Assembly: GCA_951406725.2 (NCBI GenBank)
Contig: OX597821.1
Span: 114,700,001-114,764,000 of the forward strand
Length of the DNA stretch: 64,000 bases
DNA from: Octopus vulgaris
Taxonomy: Eukaryota
Direction of reading: 5' to 3'
The notes beneath the pieces are model-generated. The model was given only the letters and a program-made list of their open reading frames with translations, was not told the origin of the DNA and did not search any database. A program made the translations under genes and the position numbers. Shown piece by piece: positions 1-11,691 of this stretch (position 1 is its first letter; each line of letters opens with the position of its first letter).

Positions 1-265
1 CGGAAACTGAAAGAAGCCCGTCTTACATACATACATACATATATGTGTGTGTGTTTGTGTTTGTCCCCCCACCATCGCTTAACAACCGATGTTGGTGTGT
101 TTACATCCCTGTAATCTAGTGGTTCGGCAAAAGATACCGATAGAATAAGTACTAGGCTTACAAAGAATAAGTCCTGGGGGTCAATTTGTTCGACTAAAGG
201 CGGTGCTCCAGCGTGGCCACAGTCAAATGACTGAAACAAATAAAAGATTAAAAGAATAAAAGAAT
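1..265 (+). mobile_element. 3' part of tRNA-derived CORE-type (octopus OR-like) SINE
   Basis: Matches the body and tail of fuller copies at 4878-5260 and 30771-31180 (GGAAACTGAAAGAAGCC...GGTGCTCCAGC...CAGTCAAATGACTGAAAC). Confidence 0.85.
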
Positions 266-414
266 AGAACCAGGTCAAGATCCATGGATGCCCTGAACAC
301 TTAAAAGATTACGCTACCCTCATAAATATGTAATTGAAAATATATGCAAGACGGTGCTCCAGCATGGCCGCAGTCAAATTACTAAAACAAGTAAAAGAAT
401 AAATGATAGAATTA

Positions 415-797
415 TCTCTCTCTATATAAACGGCAGTTTGTCTGTGCGTTTTCTGTGTGTCTGTTTTCTCGTACCCTCACTCTGACCACGGCTTTCAACC
501 GATTCTGATGAAACTTGACACATACATAGCCCAATGTCATAATTCAAAAGTAACGCAGCGAAAATTTTGAAAAGTTCCTCCAGTTCTGAAAAAATCGATA
601 AATTCGACATGGGGTCGAGAATCAGAAACCCAAACCACAGACCGTCTAGGGGACGCAACTCCACCTTTTTTAAATCTCAAAAAAAATTTACCATCATTTT
701 TTTTCCATTTTTTTGCTATTTTTTGGCTATAACTCTCTAAAAATGCTTTATAGTTATTTCCCTTACAAACCTGAGCAACGCCGGGCGATACTGCTAG
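415..797 (+). mobile_element. Non-autonomous Helitron
   Basis: Starts TC after an A, ends with GC-rich hairpin (CCTGAGCAACGCCGGG) then CTAG followed by T; the same 3' end occurs inverted at 46358 and 49836. Confidence 0.75.
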
Positions 798-1229
798 TCA
801 ACCATAAAATAATTATTTCTTATTTTACAGAATTAAACAAAAGAAAACAGATGGAAAATAATGTTTATTTTTGTATACTTCCACTTTATATATATTTGAA
901 GTTTTCTCCTAATTCTTTAATTACAAAGTCTTTCAATTGCAAAGATGCTCAGAACCAATATTTCGCAACATATCTGCTTCTATACTTAGCAGAGTTAAAG
1001 GCATCCTGGATATTATTTTAGCAAGTCTGAAGTGATTTCTTTTGTGCCGTAAACCATTTATTATTTCTGTGGTGCCCCGTCTTCCCTTGATGCTTTAAGC
1101 ACGTGCTTATTTTGCTTAATGGTTAATCCAGCGCTGGATGTACAGTTGTTGAATGTGTATATCTCCGTAACATTGTGTATATGTATATGTGTGATTCGTA
1201 TTTATATGTGTAAGTCTAATTATATGTGT

Positions 1230-1460
1230 AAGGCGGCGAGCTGGCAGAAACGTTACCACGCCGGGCGAAATGCGTAGCCGTATTTCGTCTGCCGTTACGT
1301 TCTGAGTTCAAATTCCGCCGAGGTCGACTCTGCCTTTCATCCTTTCGGGGTCGATAAATTAAGTACCAGTTACGCACTGGCGTCGATGTAATCGACTTAA
1401 TCCGCGTGTCTGTCCTTGTTTGTCCTCTCTGTGTTTAGCCCCTTGTGGGTAGTAAAGAAA
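1230..1460 (+). mobile_element. tRNA-derived SINE with Meta-domain-like core
   Basis: AGGCGGCGAGCTGGCAGAA head, GAGTTCAAATTCC B-box, core GCCTTTCATCCTTTCGGGGTCGATAAATTAAGTACC; many copies in the window. Confidence 0.85.
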
Positions 1461-2053
1461 TATATATGTGTAAGACTATGTTTATGCTTTGTGTATTTTT
1501 TGTATAGGCAGTGCTCCAGCATGGCCATAGTCAAATGACTCAAACAAGTCAAAGAACACGTATATAAACAAGTATGTCTGCAGTTCCCTATTTCCTTTAC
1601 GTTTCCAAAACAAACAAAATTACTACATTCATTTCTTTATACCTGTTAATGACACCTCATGTGGCATTACTTAAATAACATGTCTGTACTTTTAGCCCCG
1701 TCCATTTATATGAGAGGATCTCTCAAAGCGAACACCATTTAAATAATATTTTAGAATAATGTATTCAAAAGATTTGTATTTCAGTTCTATAAAAATAGGA
1801 AACGTACTTACAACAAACAGCACAATTCTCAGAGCTGGACTGTAATATTGGTTACAGCTGCAAAAAATCAGAAAATCTCACAGTGGACTTTGAAAAGGTT
1901 TTTCACTGTGACTAACATTTCTTTAACATTTTAACACATTTATAACTGGATAATTTTGGAGTTTATTACACATGACCCAATGAAAACATGACACGTATCA
2001 TGTCATGTTAGTTCATACAGATTAATGCTATATGAAGATGTCATTGATAACCT

Positions 2054-2146
<93 letters not shown>

Positions 2147-2152
<6 letters not shown>

Positions 2153-2465
2153 ATAAGATCGTTAATTTAAAAATAAAATAACGATTTTATCAAGTGGTCA
2201 GCATGGAAAAAATAACCTTCAAAGGTAATAATTATTAAAATTATAAATTAGGGTATCTATGAGATACCACCATGTTGAAAATAGCAGCCATGATCTGACT
2301 CTAAAACCACCTTAATTGTCCATATACCAACACGGAGAGAAAACAAGGAGACAAGATGAAACTATTAAAAGAATTACTGGATAATTCTAGATCCCGGATC
2401 TCTGACTTTGCATTTAGGAATGCTTTGCCTCGTCAGTAGAATACACACAGAAGAGAAACATAAAT
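2147..2465 (-). mobile_element. Penelope-like pseudo-LTR fragment (family C) between microsatellites
   Basis: Abuts (TA)n, ~230 bp repeated at 5374-5606, and carries a hammerhead-like motif at 2384-2442. Confidence 0.6.
2384..2442 (-). ncRNA. Atypical type I hammerhead ribozyme motif (family C)
   Basis: Minus strand: attcta-CTGACGA-ggc aaa gcatt ccta aatgc aaa gtc-a-GAGA-tccggga-TC-tagaat. Stem I attcta/tagaat is perfect, cleavage triplet AUC; core has GAGA instead of GAAA plus one extra base. Confidence 0.55.
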
Positions 2466-2531
2466 ACATATATATATATATAAATACAACATACGAATAC
2501 TTACATATACGAACATATACGAACGTATACC

Positions 2532-2671
<140 letters not shown>

Positions 2672-2699
2672 CGCAGGAGTGGCTGTGTGGTAAGTAGCT

Positions 2700-4877
2700 A
2701 GGTTGCTTCTGCGCATGTGCGAGTCAGTGTTGTGTTTGGTACTGAAGCGGTGAAGACGTGCTTTTGAAGCCGTCTTGAATTGAAAATTTTTGAAGCCTCA
2801 TTGTAAGGTAAGATTCTGTTTTCTGGGTCCAGTGGGAATTTTTGTTGAAAATTGTTTTTTACAGGCAGGAAGTCCTACTGGATTCAGAATTCTGATTCTG
2901 CCGACATGGGGCAAATATATTTTTCTCACCTAATTATGAGAATTGTATTGTGCTGTGAAGAACTTTAAGAATTGTGAAAACTGTTATATAGGGGAGTGTT
3001 TTGCCTCCGAAGTTTGAACAATTTTTACCAATTTTACACCAATTTTTGTGGAAGTTGTGTTCCAGTTGCGGCGTTCCGGGTTCAATTTAGGCCGGGAGTA
3101 CCGAATGGCCAGAAGGTTTTTGCTGTGTTATTGACTATCTTTTTAACTTTATTTGACTTTCTCCTTTTTTGTTCATTGTGACTTTCTTCTGATTTCTTTT
3201 TCTTCTCGCTTTTTAAGTTTTATTTTGAATATATTTAAAAAAAGAAAAAAAAACATGGCAATGAAAAATGACAAAGTTTTGGAATGGGAGATCATACCGC
3301 CTAAAAAGTGGTTAAAAGACCGTGAAGATAGGACGGTGGTGTTGAGAACCTACTCCAAGGCACTCGACACCATCGCCCTGTTCGAAAAGACGGCAATTGA
3401 AAAGGAGTTGGCAGAGTATTTGCCAACAATTAAATTCATTTCCAGGGGTGTCAAATATGCAACGGTGTGGTTGCTATTTGACACCTCTGAAGAGGCTTGC
3501 AAATTTGCTAGTAAACCTCTGGAGGGTAAGGAAATTTTATTCCTGCCCACGTACCAAAAAAAGAGACTGACGAAAGCTTGGATTTGCGGGCTGCCACCCG
3601 GGATAGAACCCGAGTGGATAGAGGAGACTATCCGCCGGGGTCTGGGTAGCAGCGAAACTAAGCTCCTTAATGTAAAAGTTCTTCCTGCGGCTGCTTGGGT
3701 TGGGTCAAAAGCAATTTTGACCCTTTGGACCCAATCAGCCAATCTGGTTCTTCCAGATTTTTGAAAATGGCCGGGTGCAGGTACCCGGTGATGCTTGAGG
3801 GTCGCCCCCCTAAGTGTCATCGGTGCTTGGAGTCCGGCCATATAAAGAAGAACTGTCCCCGCGAACAAAATAGGATCCCGGAACAGTTAAGTGAAACCCC
3901 TGTAGAAGAGGGAATGATAACGGCCGAGGAAGCAGAGGACTCCTCAAACAGAGGCCGAAAGAGGAAGGTGAGCAACAATGGGTGCTCACCAAAGGATACT
4001 AGGGATGAGGAGGGAAAGGCGAATCTTCCGGCCACGGAGGAGACGCACCCTCCCTCAGTTGAAAAGAAAAAAAAGAAAAAGAGGAAGAGAAACGGGACAT
4101 TACCGGCTGTCGGTGACATAGCACCGGAATGTCCCGGAACTACGTCGGTTGGGGTTGTGCCACCGACAGGAGAAGAAATACCCGTTGGCGGGAACTGTGC
4201 CGCCAACGAAAGAATTGAATATCCCGCACCCGAGCAAAAACGAGGTATTGATCCTCTTCTATAGAGGCGGAGAGATTGAAAAGGTGATGGAAAAGCACCA
4301 CAAGGGAGCACCTTTAGCCTTCACACAGGACCCCGAATGGCCTCCGCAGGTAGCTGTGGAGGCCGTGGCGTTCGACGTGACGCTTGGGCTGAAGGAGCTC
4401 AATGAGGATTATAGCTTGGTCCCGGGCGACGCTAACTCGGAACTCGATTACGTTCTGAGGGAGGCGTGGTGGATGGTGGAGGGCGCGGGCACAAGTTATT
4501 TCGAGGACGAGTCAAATTGTGATACGACTTGAGGGGCCCCGACCTAGAGCTGGCGCATTCCTAAGGGAAGTGTAAGCCAGGTCTGGGAGGAGGGGCTTTG
4601 TGTATTGTATTTATATATGTAATTATTGAACTATGTTGTTATTAGTAATGGACTGCTAAGTCCAAAAATTGAAAAAATTGTAAGAGGTTTAATACCTCGT
4701 TTCGTGTTTGTTTTTAAAAGAACAATGTTTTAGAGAAGCAGAAGTCGGCGGGCGCTTTTTGTCTTCTCCCATCCCCATCATATTTCTTTCATTATCATTC
4801 ACTTCATTAATGTCCTCGTCCAGCCCGCAAAGCTAACTTACTCTATGTACTGCCATCATGGCAAATCTTATGAAATA
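2700..4877 (+). mobile_element. ORF1-only (HAL1-like) non-LTR retroelement, L1/Tx1-type
   Basis: Flanked by 8-bp TSD AAGTAGCT (2692-2699, 4878-4885); 555-nt 5' UTR, one gag-like ORF, 345-nt 3' UTR ending in TGCCA-TCA-TGGCA hairpin and AATA(AA); no RT or endonuclease. Confidence 0.8.
3255..4532 (+). pseudogene. ORF1/gag-like nucleic-acid-binding protein (~425 aa after correcting two compensating frameshifts)
   Basis: ATG at 3255; RRM-like N-terminus (VWLLFDTSEEA, AWICGLPPGI); -1 shift in the T run at 3758-3762 into EGRPPK-CHRCLESGHIKKNC (CX2CX4HX4C knuckle); basic KKKKKKRKR tract; +1 shift near 4183 back to the first frame; stop at 4530-4532. Confidence 0.8.
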
Positions 4878-5373
4878 AAGTAGCTTGCTAACCAACCACA
4901 TGGTTCCGGGTTCAGTCCCACTGCGTGGCATCTTGGGCAAGTCTCTTCTGCTATAGCCCCGGGCCGACCAATGCCTTGTGAGTGGATTTGGTAGACGGAA
5001 ACTGAAAGAAGCCTGTCGTATATATGTATATATGTGTGTGTGTGTTTGTGTGTCTGTGTTTGTCCCGCTAGCATTGCTTGACAACCGATGCTGGTGTGTT
5101 TACGTCCCCGTCACTTAGCGGTTCGGCAAAAGAGACCGATAGAATAAGTACTGGGCTTACAAAGAATAAGTCCCGGGGTCGATTTGCTCGACTAAAGGCG
5201 GTGCTCCAGCATGGCCGCAGTCAAATGACTGAAAAAAGAGTAAAAGAGTAAAGAGTATATATGCACGTATGCGTCATGGCCAGTTCAAAATGCCCGCCGT
5301 TTAATTCCACGTGAGATATGGTCAAAATATCGCCGCAGTAAATACAGTGACGAAATAAATTTAAATTTATATA

Positions 5374-5606
5374 AATAAGGATAAGATCGTTAATTTAAAA
5401 ATAAAATAACGATTTTATCAAGTAGTCAGCATGGAAAAAATAACCTTCAAAGGTAATAATTATTAAAATTATAAATTAGGGTATCTACGAGATACCACCA
5501 TGTTGAAAATAGCAGCCATGATCTGACTCTAAAACCACCTTAATTGTTCATATATCAACACGGAGAGAAAACAAGGAGACAAGATGAAACTAGTAAAAAA
5601 TTACTG
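5374..5606 (-). mobile_element. Second copy of the family C pseudo-LTR fragment
   Basis: Near-identical to 2147-2379, truncated just before the hammerhead motif. Confidence 0.7.
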
Positions 5607-5609
5607 AAG

Positions 5610-6359
5610 CAAGTAAAAGATAAAAGATAAAAGATATACAGAATTTAGTTTTTCCTCTTCTCGTTCTCCATTTTGCCCTTCATGAAAATTAGCATCAGAC
5701 ACGGATGATCTCTTGGCCCTCAAAATGTCCTTGCCCATAGAGAACAAACACTCCACTGCAGCACTGGAGAGGTTGGCAGTGTTGAACTTGATGAAGAAAT
5801 GCAACAACTCTTGCTCGTCTGTCAGTAGATCTTTGGAGATGGTCTTCAACCAGGTCTTGACTAAATTCTGGACCTTGTCCTTGAGTGACCTGTGTCTCCC
5901 GATGCTTTCTTTTGGCTGGGTGACACTACGGAAGAAGTCCTCCTCCTTTTCATTGTTACTGCTCACTTCGTCAGACTGCTGCCTCATAGCCTCCTCGACC
6001 TTACCCTCCATGCGTTTCCCCACCTTGGCAACCTTGGTGTTGTTATACTTATCCAACCAGATGAGGCGAAACCTGGGGTGGAAGGCAGCAGCCAGCTGGC
6101 ATTCTTCTTCCTCCAGCGGGACCCTAAACCTTTTGTCGATGTCTGCTAAAAGTGCGTCGATCAAGCGGCTGTAGTAGACGAGGCCCTTGGACTTCAAGTC
6201 CTTGAGCCCAGCAACTTCAGTTAACGAAAGTTAGATGTAATGGAAGTTAATTAGTCCGATAGTGATTTTCAAAGTTAACTTAAAAGTTAAATCGTTAACG
6301 AAAATGTTAACTTTGTTAATTAACGATGAACGGATTAACGGTTTGGTGCCCAGGCTTGC
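5610..6359 (-). mobile_element. hAT transposon deletion derivative (C-terminal dimerisation domain plus one end)
   Basis: ORF 5601-6197 has LAAAFHPRF and NTANLSSAAVECLFSMGKDILRAKRSSVSDANF (hATC-like); terminus CAAGCCTGGGCA with GTTAAC subterminal repeats at 6220-6345. Confidence 0.85.
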
Positions 6360-6651
6360 ATTCAATACATATCCCCTGGAATAAAGTATGTATGTATTTT
6401 GGGGTTGTAGGAGAGAATCCAAATCCTTCATTCACACACCACAAATGATTACGATATCTCGGACAATAAAAATCTGCAAGACCTTAAGATTAAAAGAATT
6501 TTTGATAACATAAGATGCTGTCTTTCCCAACCTTGCTAACAAGCAGGTAGCCGCACAAAAATAGCTCCAAATTAAAAAGAGAAAATGAATATGCATACAT
6601 ACATACATACATACATACATACATACATACATACATACATACATACATACA

Positions 6652-6682
<31 letters not shown>

Positions 6683-7121
6683 CTTTTGGAGTGTTTGCAA
6701 CCGAGATGCGCTTCAAGTCCTCGATTTCATGTGTATCTTTGCCAATAACAATTGGTTACAGGTAAAGAAAACCAGGAAATCTCATAGTAGACTTTCAAAG
6801 GTTTTCACAGTAATTAAAATTTCATCAAGCGTATTCGAATGGTACTCGTTCCCAATAAGAGCACGGACGGTTCCAAAATATACCATCCGATACGACCTGG
6901 TGTTCAGCGCGACATCATTGCCTAGCAAAGCCCAGCTTGCGCTAACCAACAATTGTAGGAATATGTGGAATGTACCTGTGCGTGTCATTTGTCTTGTGTT
7001 CTTGCCATCAGATTTTTCCTAAGTCATGCGAAGTATTTCACAAACATCTTTGAAGAAAGAAAGAGATAAAAAAAGATCCAATCATTCATCAACAATTTTA
7101 TCAATTGATCAATATATATAT

Positions 7122-7240
7122 CAGCTGAAATTGCGAGGATGATCCGGTTCTTGACTGAAGATTAGAGGCTACGAATGACCCGTCCCTTTTTTGTGTCGTC
7201 TATTTGAATGTTTTGCGTTCTTGTCCCATTTTGTATTTTT
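7122..7240 (+). repeat. Fragment of a dispersed repeat adjoining (TA)n
   Basis: Same sequence as in 49455-49815 and 51493-51890. Confidence 0.75.
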
Positions 7241-7299
7241 ATATATATATATATATATATATTTACTCTTTTACTTGTTTCAGTCATATTGAAACTGAC

Positions 7300-7795
7300 G
7301 GGTCAAAACGAATATTGGGAGAACTTCAAAATTAAAGAAGCCACTGAGTTAAAATACAAAAGACCAAATATCGTTGTGTGCAACCACAAAGAAAAGATAT
7401 GTTCTTTTGTGGAAATCGGCTGCATTTTGGAGACGTATGTGATTAGGAAAATACCAGAGAAAGAAGACATCTACGAACTATTGATAAGGAGCCTGTAAAT
7501 CCGGTATCCAAGATGCACTTTCAGTTTCATACCTATTATTATTATTGGATCAACAGGACACATACCAACCCATCTGGAGCAAAGTTTGGTTGAATTTGGG
7601 TTCTTGGGGTGGGGGGGAGAGTACGAATCCTTAATTCATAAGCTACAAACGATCATGATATGTGGGACAATAAACATCTACAAGACTTTCTTAAGATTTA
7701 GCGGATGATGGTTCAATCAAGACACTTTCATTCACAACCTTGCCTCGAAGTAGGTGGCCAATCAAAGTTTACTCTAAATTAAAAAGAAGAAGAGA
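7300..7795 (+). mobile_element. 3' end of an RLE-type (R4/Dong-like) non-LTR retrotransposon
   Basis: EYW..KRPNIVV..KICSFVEIGC..EKEDIY..IPIIIIG..CGTINIYKTF resembles a restriction-like endonuclease tail; followed by (CATA)n. A more decayed copy lies at ~6365-6590. Confidence 0.75.
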
Positions 7796-7831
7796 CATAT
7801 ATATACACACATACATACATACATACATACA

Positions 7832-7863
<32 letters not shown>

Positions 7864-8379
7864 CATATGCATATATACATATACACACATACATACAGAC
7901 ACACACATACACACATACATGAATAAATACATACATAAACACATACATACATACACACACATACATACATAAACACATACATCCACATCCATACATACGT
8001 AAACACGTACATAAACACATACATACATACACACATATAGATACATACACACATACATACACACACATACATGCATAAACACATACATACGCACACATAT
8101 TTATACATATACACACATACATACACATACACATACATACGTACGTATTTAGTTATATATTAGTTATATGTGTGTGTATTTATATCTAAGAAGGGATCGG
8201 GGGAAATCTAACGCCAATAGAAATTTGGTTGTCATATTTACAGTAAACAGGAATGGATACAAGTCTACGAGTGATTCTGTTTAACTTTGATTTGTCAAAC
8301 ATGCATCATGGTTCTGCGAACTTTCTCACCCGATGGAACTTGGAGAATGCAACACCAAGGACAGAAGGATAATATAAAT

Positions 8380-8556
8380 TAGAGAAGGAGGAAGGGAGTG
8401 AGGCAGTTGGAGGGATAAAGAGAGAAAGAAAGAAAGAAATAAAGAAAGAAAGAGAGAAAGAAAGAGAGAAAGAAAGAAAGAAAGAGAGAAAGAAAGAAAG
8501 AATGAAAAGGAAAGTAAGAAGGGAAAGAAGAAAAAATGAGAAAAGTAAGAAAGAAA

Positions 8557-8618
<62 letters not shown>

Positions 8619-8704
8619 AAGAAAGAAAGAATGGAAGAATTAAAAGGAAAGTAAGAAGGGAAAGAAGAAAAAATGAGAAAAGTAAGAAAGGAAGGAAGAA
8701 AGAG

Positions 8705-8739
<35 letters not shown>

Positions 8740-8830
8740 AAGAAAGAAAGAATGAAAGAATTAAAAGGAAAGTAAGAAGGGAAAGAAGAAAAAATAGAAA
8801 AGTAAAAAAGAAAGGAAGGAAAGAAAAGGC
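8380..8830 (+). repeat. Polypurine (GAAA)n tract with three higher-order units
   Basis: AAAAGGAAAGTAAGAAGGGAAAGAAGAAAAAAT recurs at ~8505, ~8643 and ~8763. Confidence 0.85.
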
Positions 8831-9027
8831 AATTATTTTGTTACCTGTTAGTGAATTCTAGATGATTGGTTTTCTAATTCAAGAATATCTTAGACATACA
8901 TACATACATACATACATACATACATACATACATACATGCATGCATGCATACATACATACATACATACATACATACATACATACATACATACATACATACA
9001 TGCATGCATACATACATACATACATGC

Positions 9028-9078
<51 letters not shown>

Positions 9079-9080
<2 letters not shown>

Positions 9081-10070
9081 TATAACTTTAATCAATTAGG
9101 CCTCAAAATCCTTGTTACTACTAATCTGTCAAAAGTTGATTTTTTTTGTTTCCCTAGATTTAAAATCCCGCTCTTACAAACCGTATCATAAGCCAAACGA
9201 GAAGCTCTTGTACATAAACAGTCTTGTCATCCCACTATAGTCTTTAAAAACCTGATAGCTAACATTAGTAATAGGATATCAAATTATCTTCTAAACAAAT
9301 ATTTGGTAAAGCATCCCCCCCTACTATATCAATGTCCTAGCTAACAACGGCTTCAAAGATAAAATATATTACAACTCTTTAAGTAAAAATACGAATCATA
9401 AAAATAGACCAAAAAAAAATAGACCTAGGAAAATAATATGGCTTGCTTCTCCTGTCTCCCTTAACGTTAAGACTAACGTAGGGAAGAATTTCCTGTTTCT
9501 TCTTGATAAGCATTTTCCAATAAATCATAAATACAGGAAATCTTTTACAGACGTTCAATTGAAATATCATACAGCTGAAGAACACTATAACTAGTAAAAA
9601 TCACCAAGCGACAACTCTCAGTTGTAACTGTCGAGATCCTGATGCTTACCCACTTGACCAGGCGAGTATGATAAACTCAGTCATACACGATGCTGAAGTT
9701 ATAACTACGCTTCAAAACGAATCAATTAATAAGAAGGATTACATCGGGTTATGTGAGGGCGAATTCAAGAGACGTTATGCAAACCTCCCTCTTCTTTCTG
9801 GCACATAGATAAAAGCAATGCAACTAAGTTGGTTAGTCACGTATGGAATCTGAAAAGCAGCTACACACCTAATACAATTAATTGGAGAACAGTGGGGAAA
9901 TCCAAGCCATATGTTAATAGATCTAAGAAATGCAACTTATGCCTAGCAGAAAGACTTCATATTCTTCTTAGATCCAGCAATTCTAACACTCCGTTGAATT
10001 CCAGATCTGAAATTTTTAGCAGGTGTAAACACATAGACAGGTTTCTTTTAACGAATTAGAAGATACCCAC
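9079..10070 (+). mobile_element. Penelope-like element fragment: RT C-terminus, thumb and Cys-rich GIY-YIG endonuclease (decayed)
   Basis: GLKI..NLSKVDF, YKPYHKPNE, RKIIW..NVKTNVGKNFL.LLDKHFP, CNCR, DYIGLCEGEFKRRY, CNLCLAERLHIL..LNSRSEIFSRCKH; starts right after (TA)n. Confidence 0.9.
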
Positions 10071-10814
10071 CGCTCTGGATTGAGTTGGTATCTCGCAGAC
10101 TTTGACATATTTTCTGCTATTTCTTCTATACTAGTTGTATTTAATGAGCTTTCTGCTATCGGGAAGAACGAAGATTGTAATTCTTGATTTCGTTTCTTTT
10201 TTTCTTGTTCCATTTTTACACCAACTTTCTTTGGTTTTTACTTCAAAGAAATCTTGATTTATGACTGCCACTTAAACTCTCTTTTTACTCTATCCATAAA
10301 AAATAGATTCTAGTTTCCATTAGACTTGTTAAACTAGTCTATAAATTAGAACTGCCCCACCCCCACCCCCGTGGTAAATCTGAATAACAAATTAAAATCA
10401 ATGATAAGCAGTGTCTTCCCGTGAAAAAAATATCAGTTACAACTATGATGTTGTTGATAAAACATGTTCTTTGTCTATCTACTTATCCTCTTTGTGATTT
10501 TAGTTAATAGAATAACTATACAAATGAATCCTTTGAATTTAACTAAATTCTATTTTTTATGCAGCTGAAGATTGCTATACATTTTTAAAATGATGTAATA
10601 TGTGCATTGTTCAATTAAATGGAGTCGCATGAAACGATCGTACAGCATTACCTCTGGATATCCTTGTTGCTTATTTTGATTGTAATCACCCCATTTTGAA
10701 TTATATGGATATATGGATAAAACCATACTAAATTCTGGTGCCTTTAACTTAAGTACCATATTCAACTGAATCTAAATTTTACTGAACCTATATATATATA
10801 TATATATATATATA

Positions 10815-11145
10815 TAATGGCTCTCCGTCGGTTACGAGGACGAGTGTTCCAGTTGAACCGATCAACGGAACAGCCTGCTACTCCTGAAATTAACGTGCAA
10901 GTGGCTGAGCAACCCGCAGACACGTGTACCGTTAACGTAGTTCTCAAGGAGATTCAACGTGACACAGAGTGGGATAAGGCCGGCTCTTTTGAAATACAGG
11001 TACAATTCATTTTTGTCAGCTAACTGGTTTGGAGCAATGGGAAATAAAGTGTCTGGCTCAAGGACGCAACGCACCGCCTGGATATCGAACTCATGATCTT
11101 ACCATCATAAGCAGAATACTCTGATCACTAAGCCACGCGCCTTCG
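10815..11145 (-). mobile_element. tRNA-derived SINE
   Basis: Minus head GAAGGCGCGTGGCTTAGTG...GAGTTCGAT, then GTCCTTGAGC core; body shared with 35060-35390. Confidence 0.75.
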
Positions 11146-11188
<43 letters not shown>

Positions 11189-11269
11189 CACATACACACA
11201 TAGACATACACACACACACACATACACGCACATACACACACATACACGCACTCACATGCACACATATCC

Positions 11270-11580
11270 AGAGTAAAGGGTAAAGACCCCCTTCGGTCAT
11301 GAATGACCATGGGATTGCACCTAGAAAGTTACCCTCCGGGGTACTAGTCTGTGCAAGGTTGTTAATGGAAGACCAGCGGCCACCCATGCATACCAGCCTC
11401 CTCCTCTCCACGCCATTGAGGTTATCCAAGGGAAAGGCATTTCTACAGCTGAGTGGACTGGAGCAACGTGAAAAAAAGTGTCTTGCTCAAGAACACAACA
11501 CACAACCCGGTCTGGGAATCGAACTTACCACCTCATGACTGTAAACCCGACGCTTTAACCACTCAGTCATGCACCTTCAT
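11270..11580 (-). mobile_element. tRNA-derived SINE
   Basis: Minus head GAAGGTGCATGACTGAGTGG...AGTTCGATTCCC, then TGTGTTCTTGAGCAAGACACT core. Confidence 0.7.
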
Positions 11581-11657
11581 ATATATACGTATGTATGTAT
11601 GCATTTAGCTATGTATGTATGCATATATGTATGCATATATGTATGTATATATGTATG

Positions 11658-11691
<34 letters not shown>

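Noticed and set aside
1230-1330. tRNA-like A/B boxes in many places
   Set aside because: All are SINE heads continuing into SINE cores; no complete cloverleaf tRNA gene seen.
3350-4311. Antisense ORFs over the ORF1 region
   Set aside because: Shadow frames of a GC-richer coding sequence, with no motifs.
6680-7060. Non-repetitive-looking segment with an acceptor-like site on the minus strand
   Set aside because: All three frames after the acceptor hit stops; no recognisable motif.
8480-8830. Regularly spaced repeats resembling a repeat-spacer array
   Set aside because: Spacers are (GAAA)n microsatellite in eukaryotic DNA; not CRISPR.
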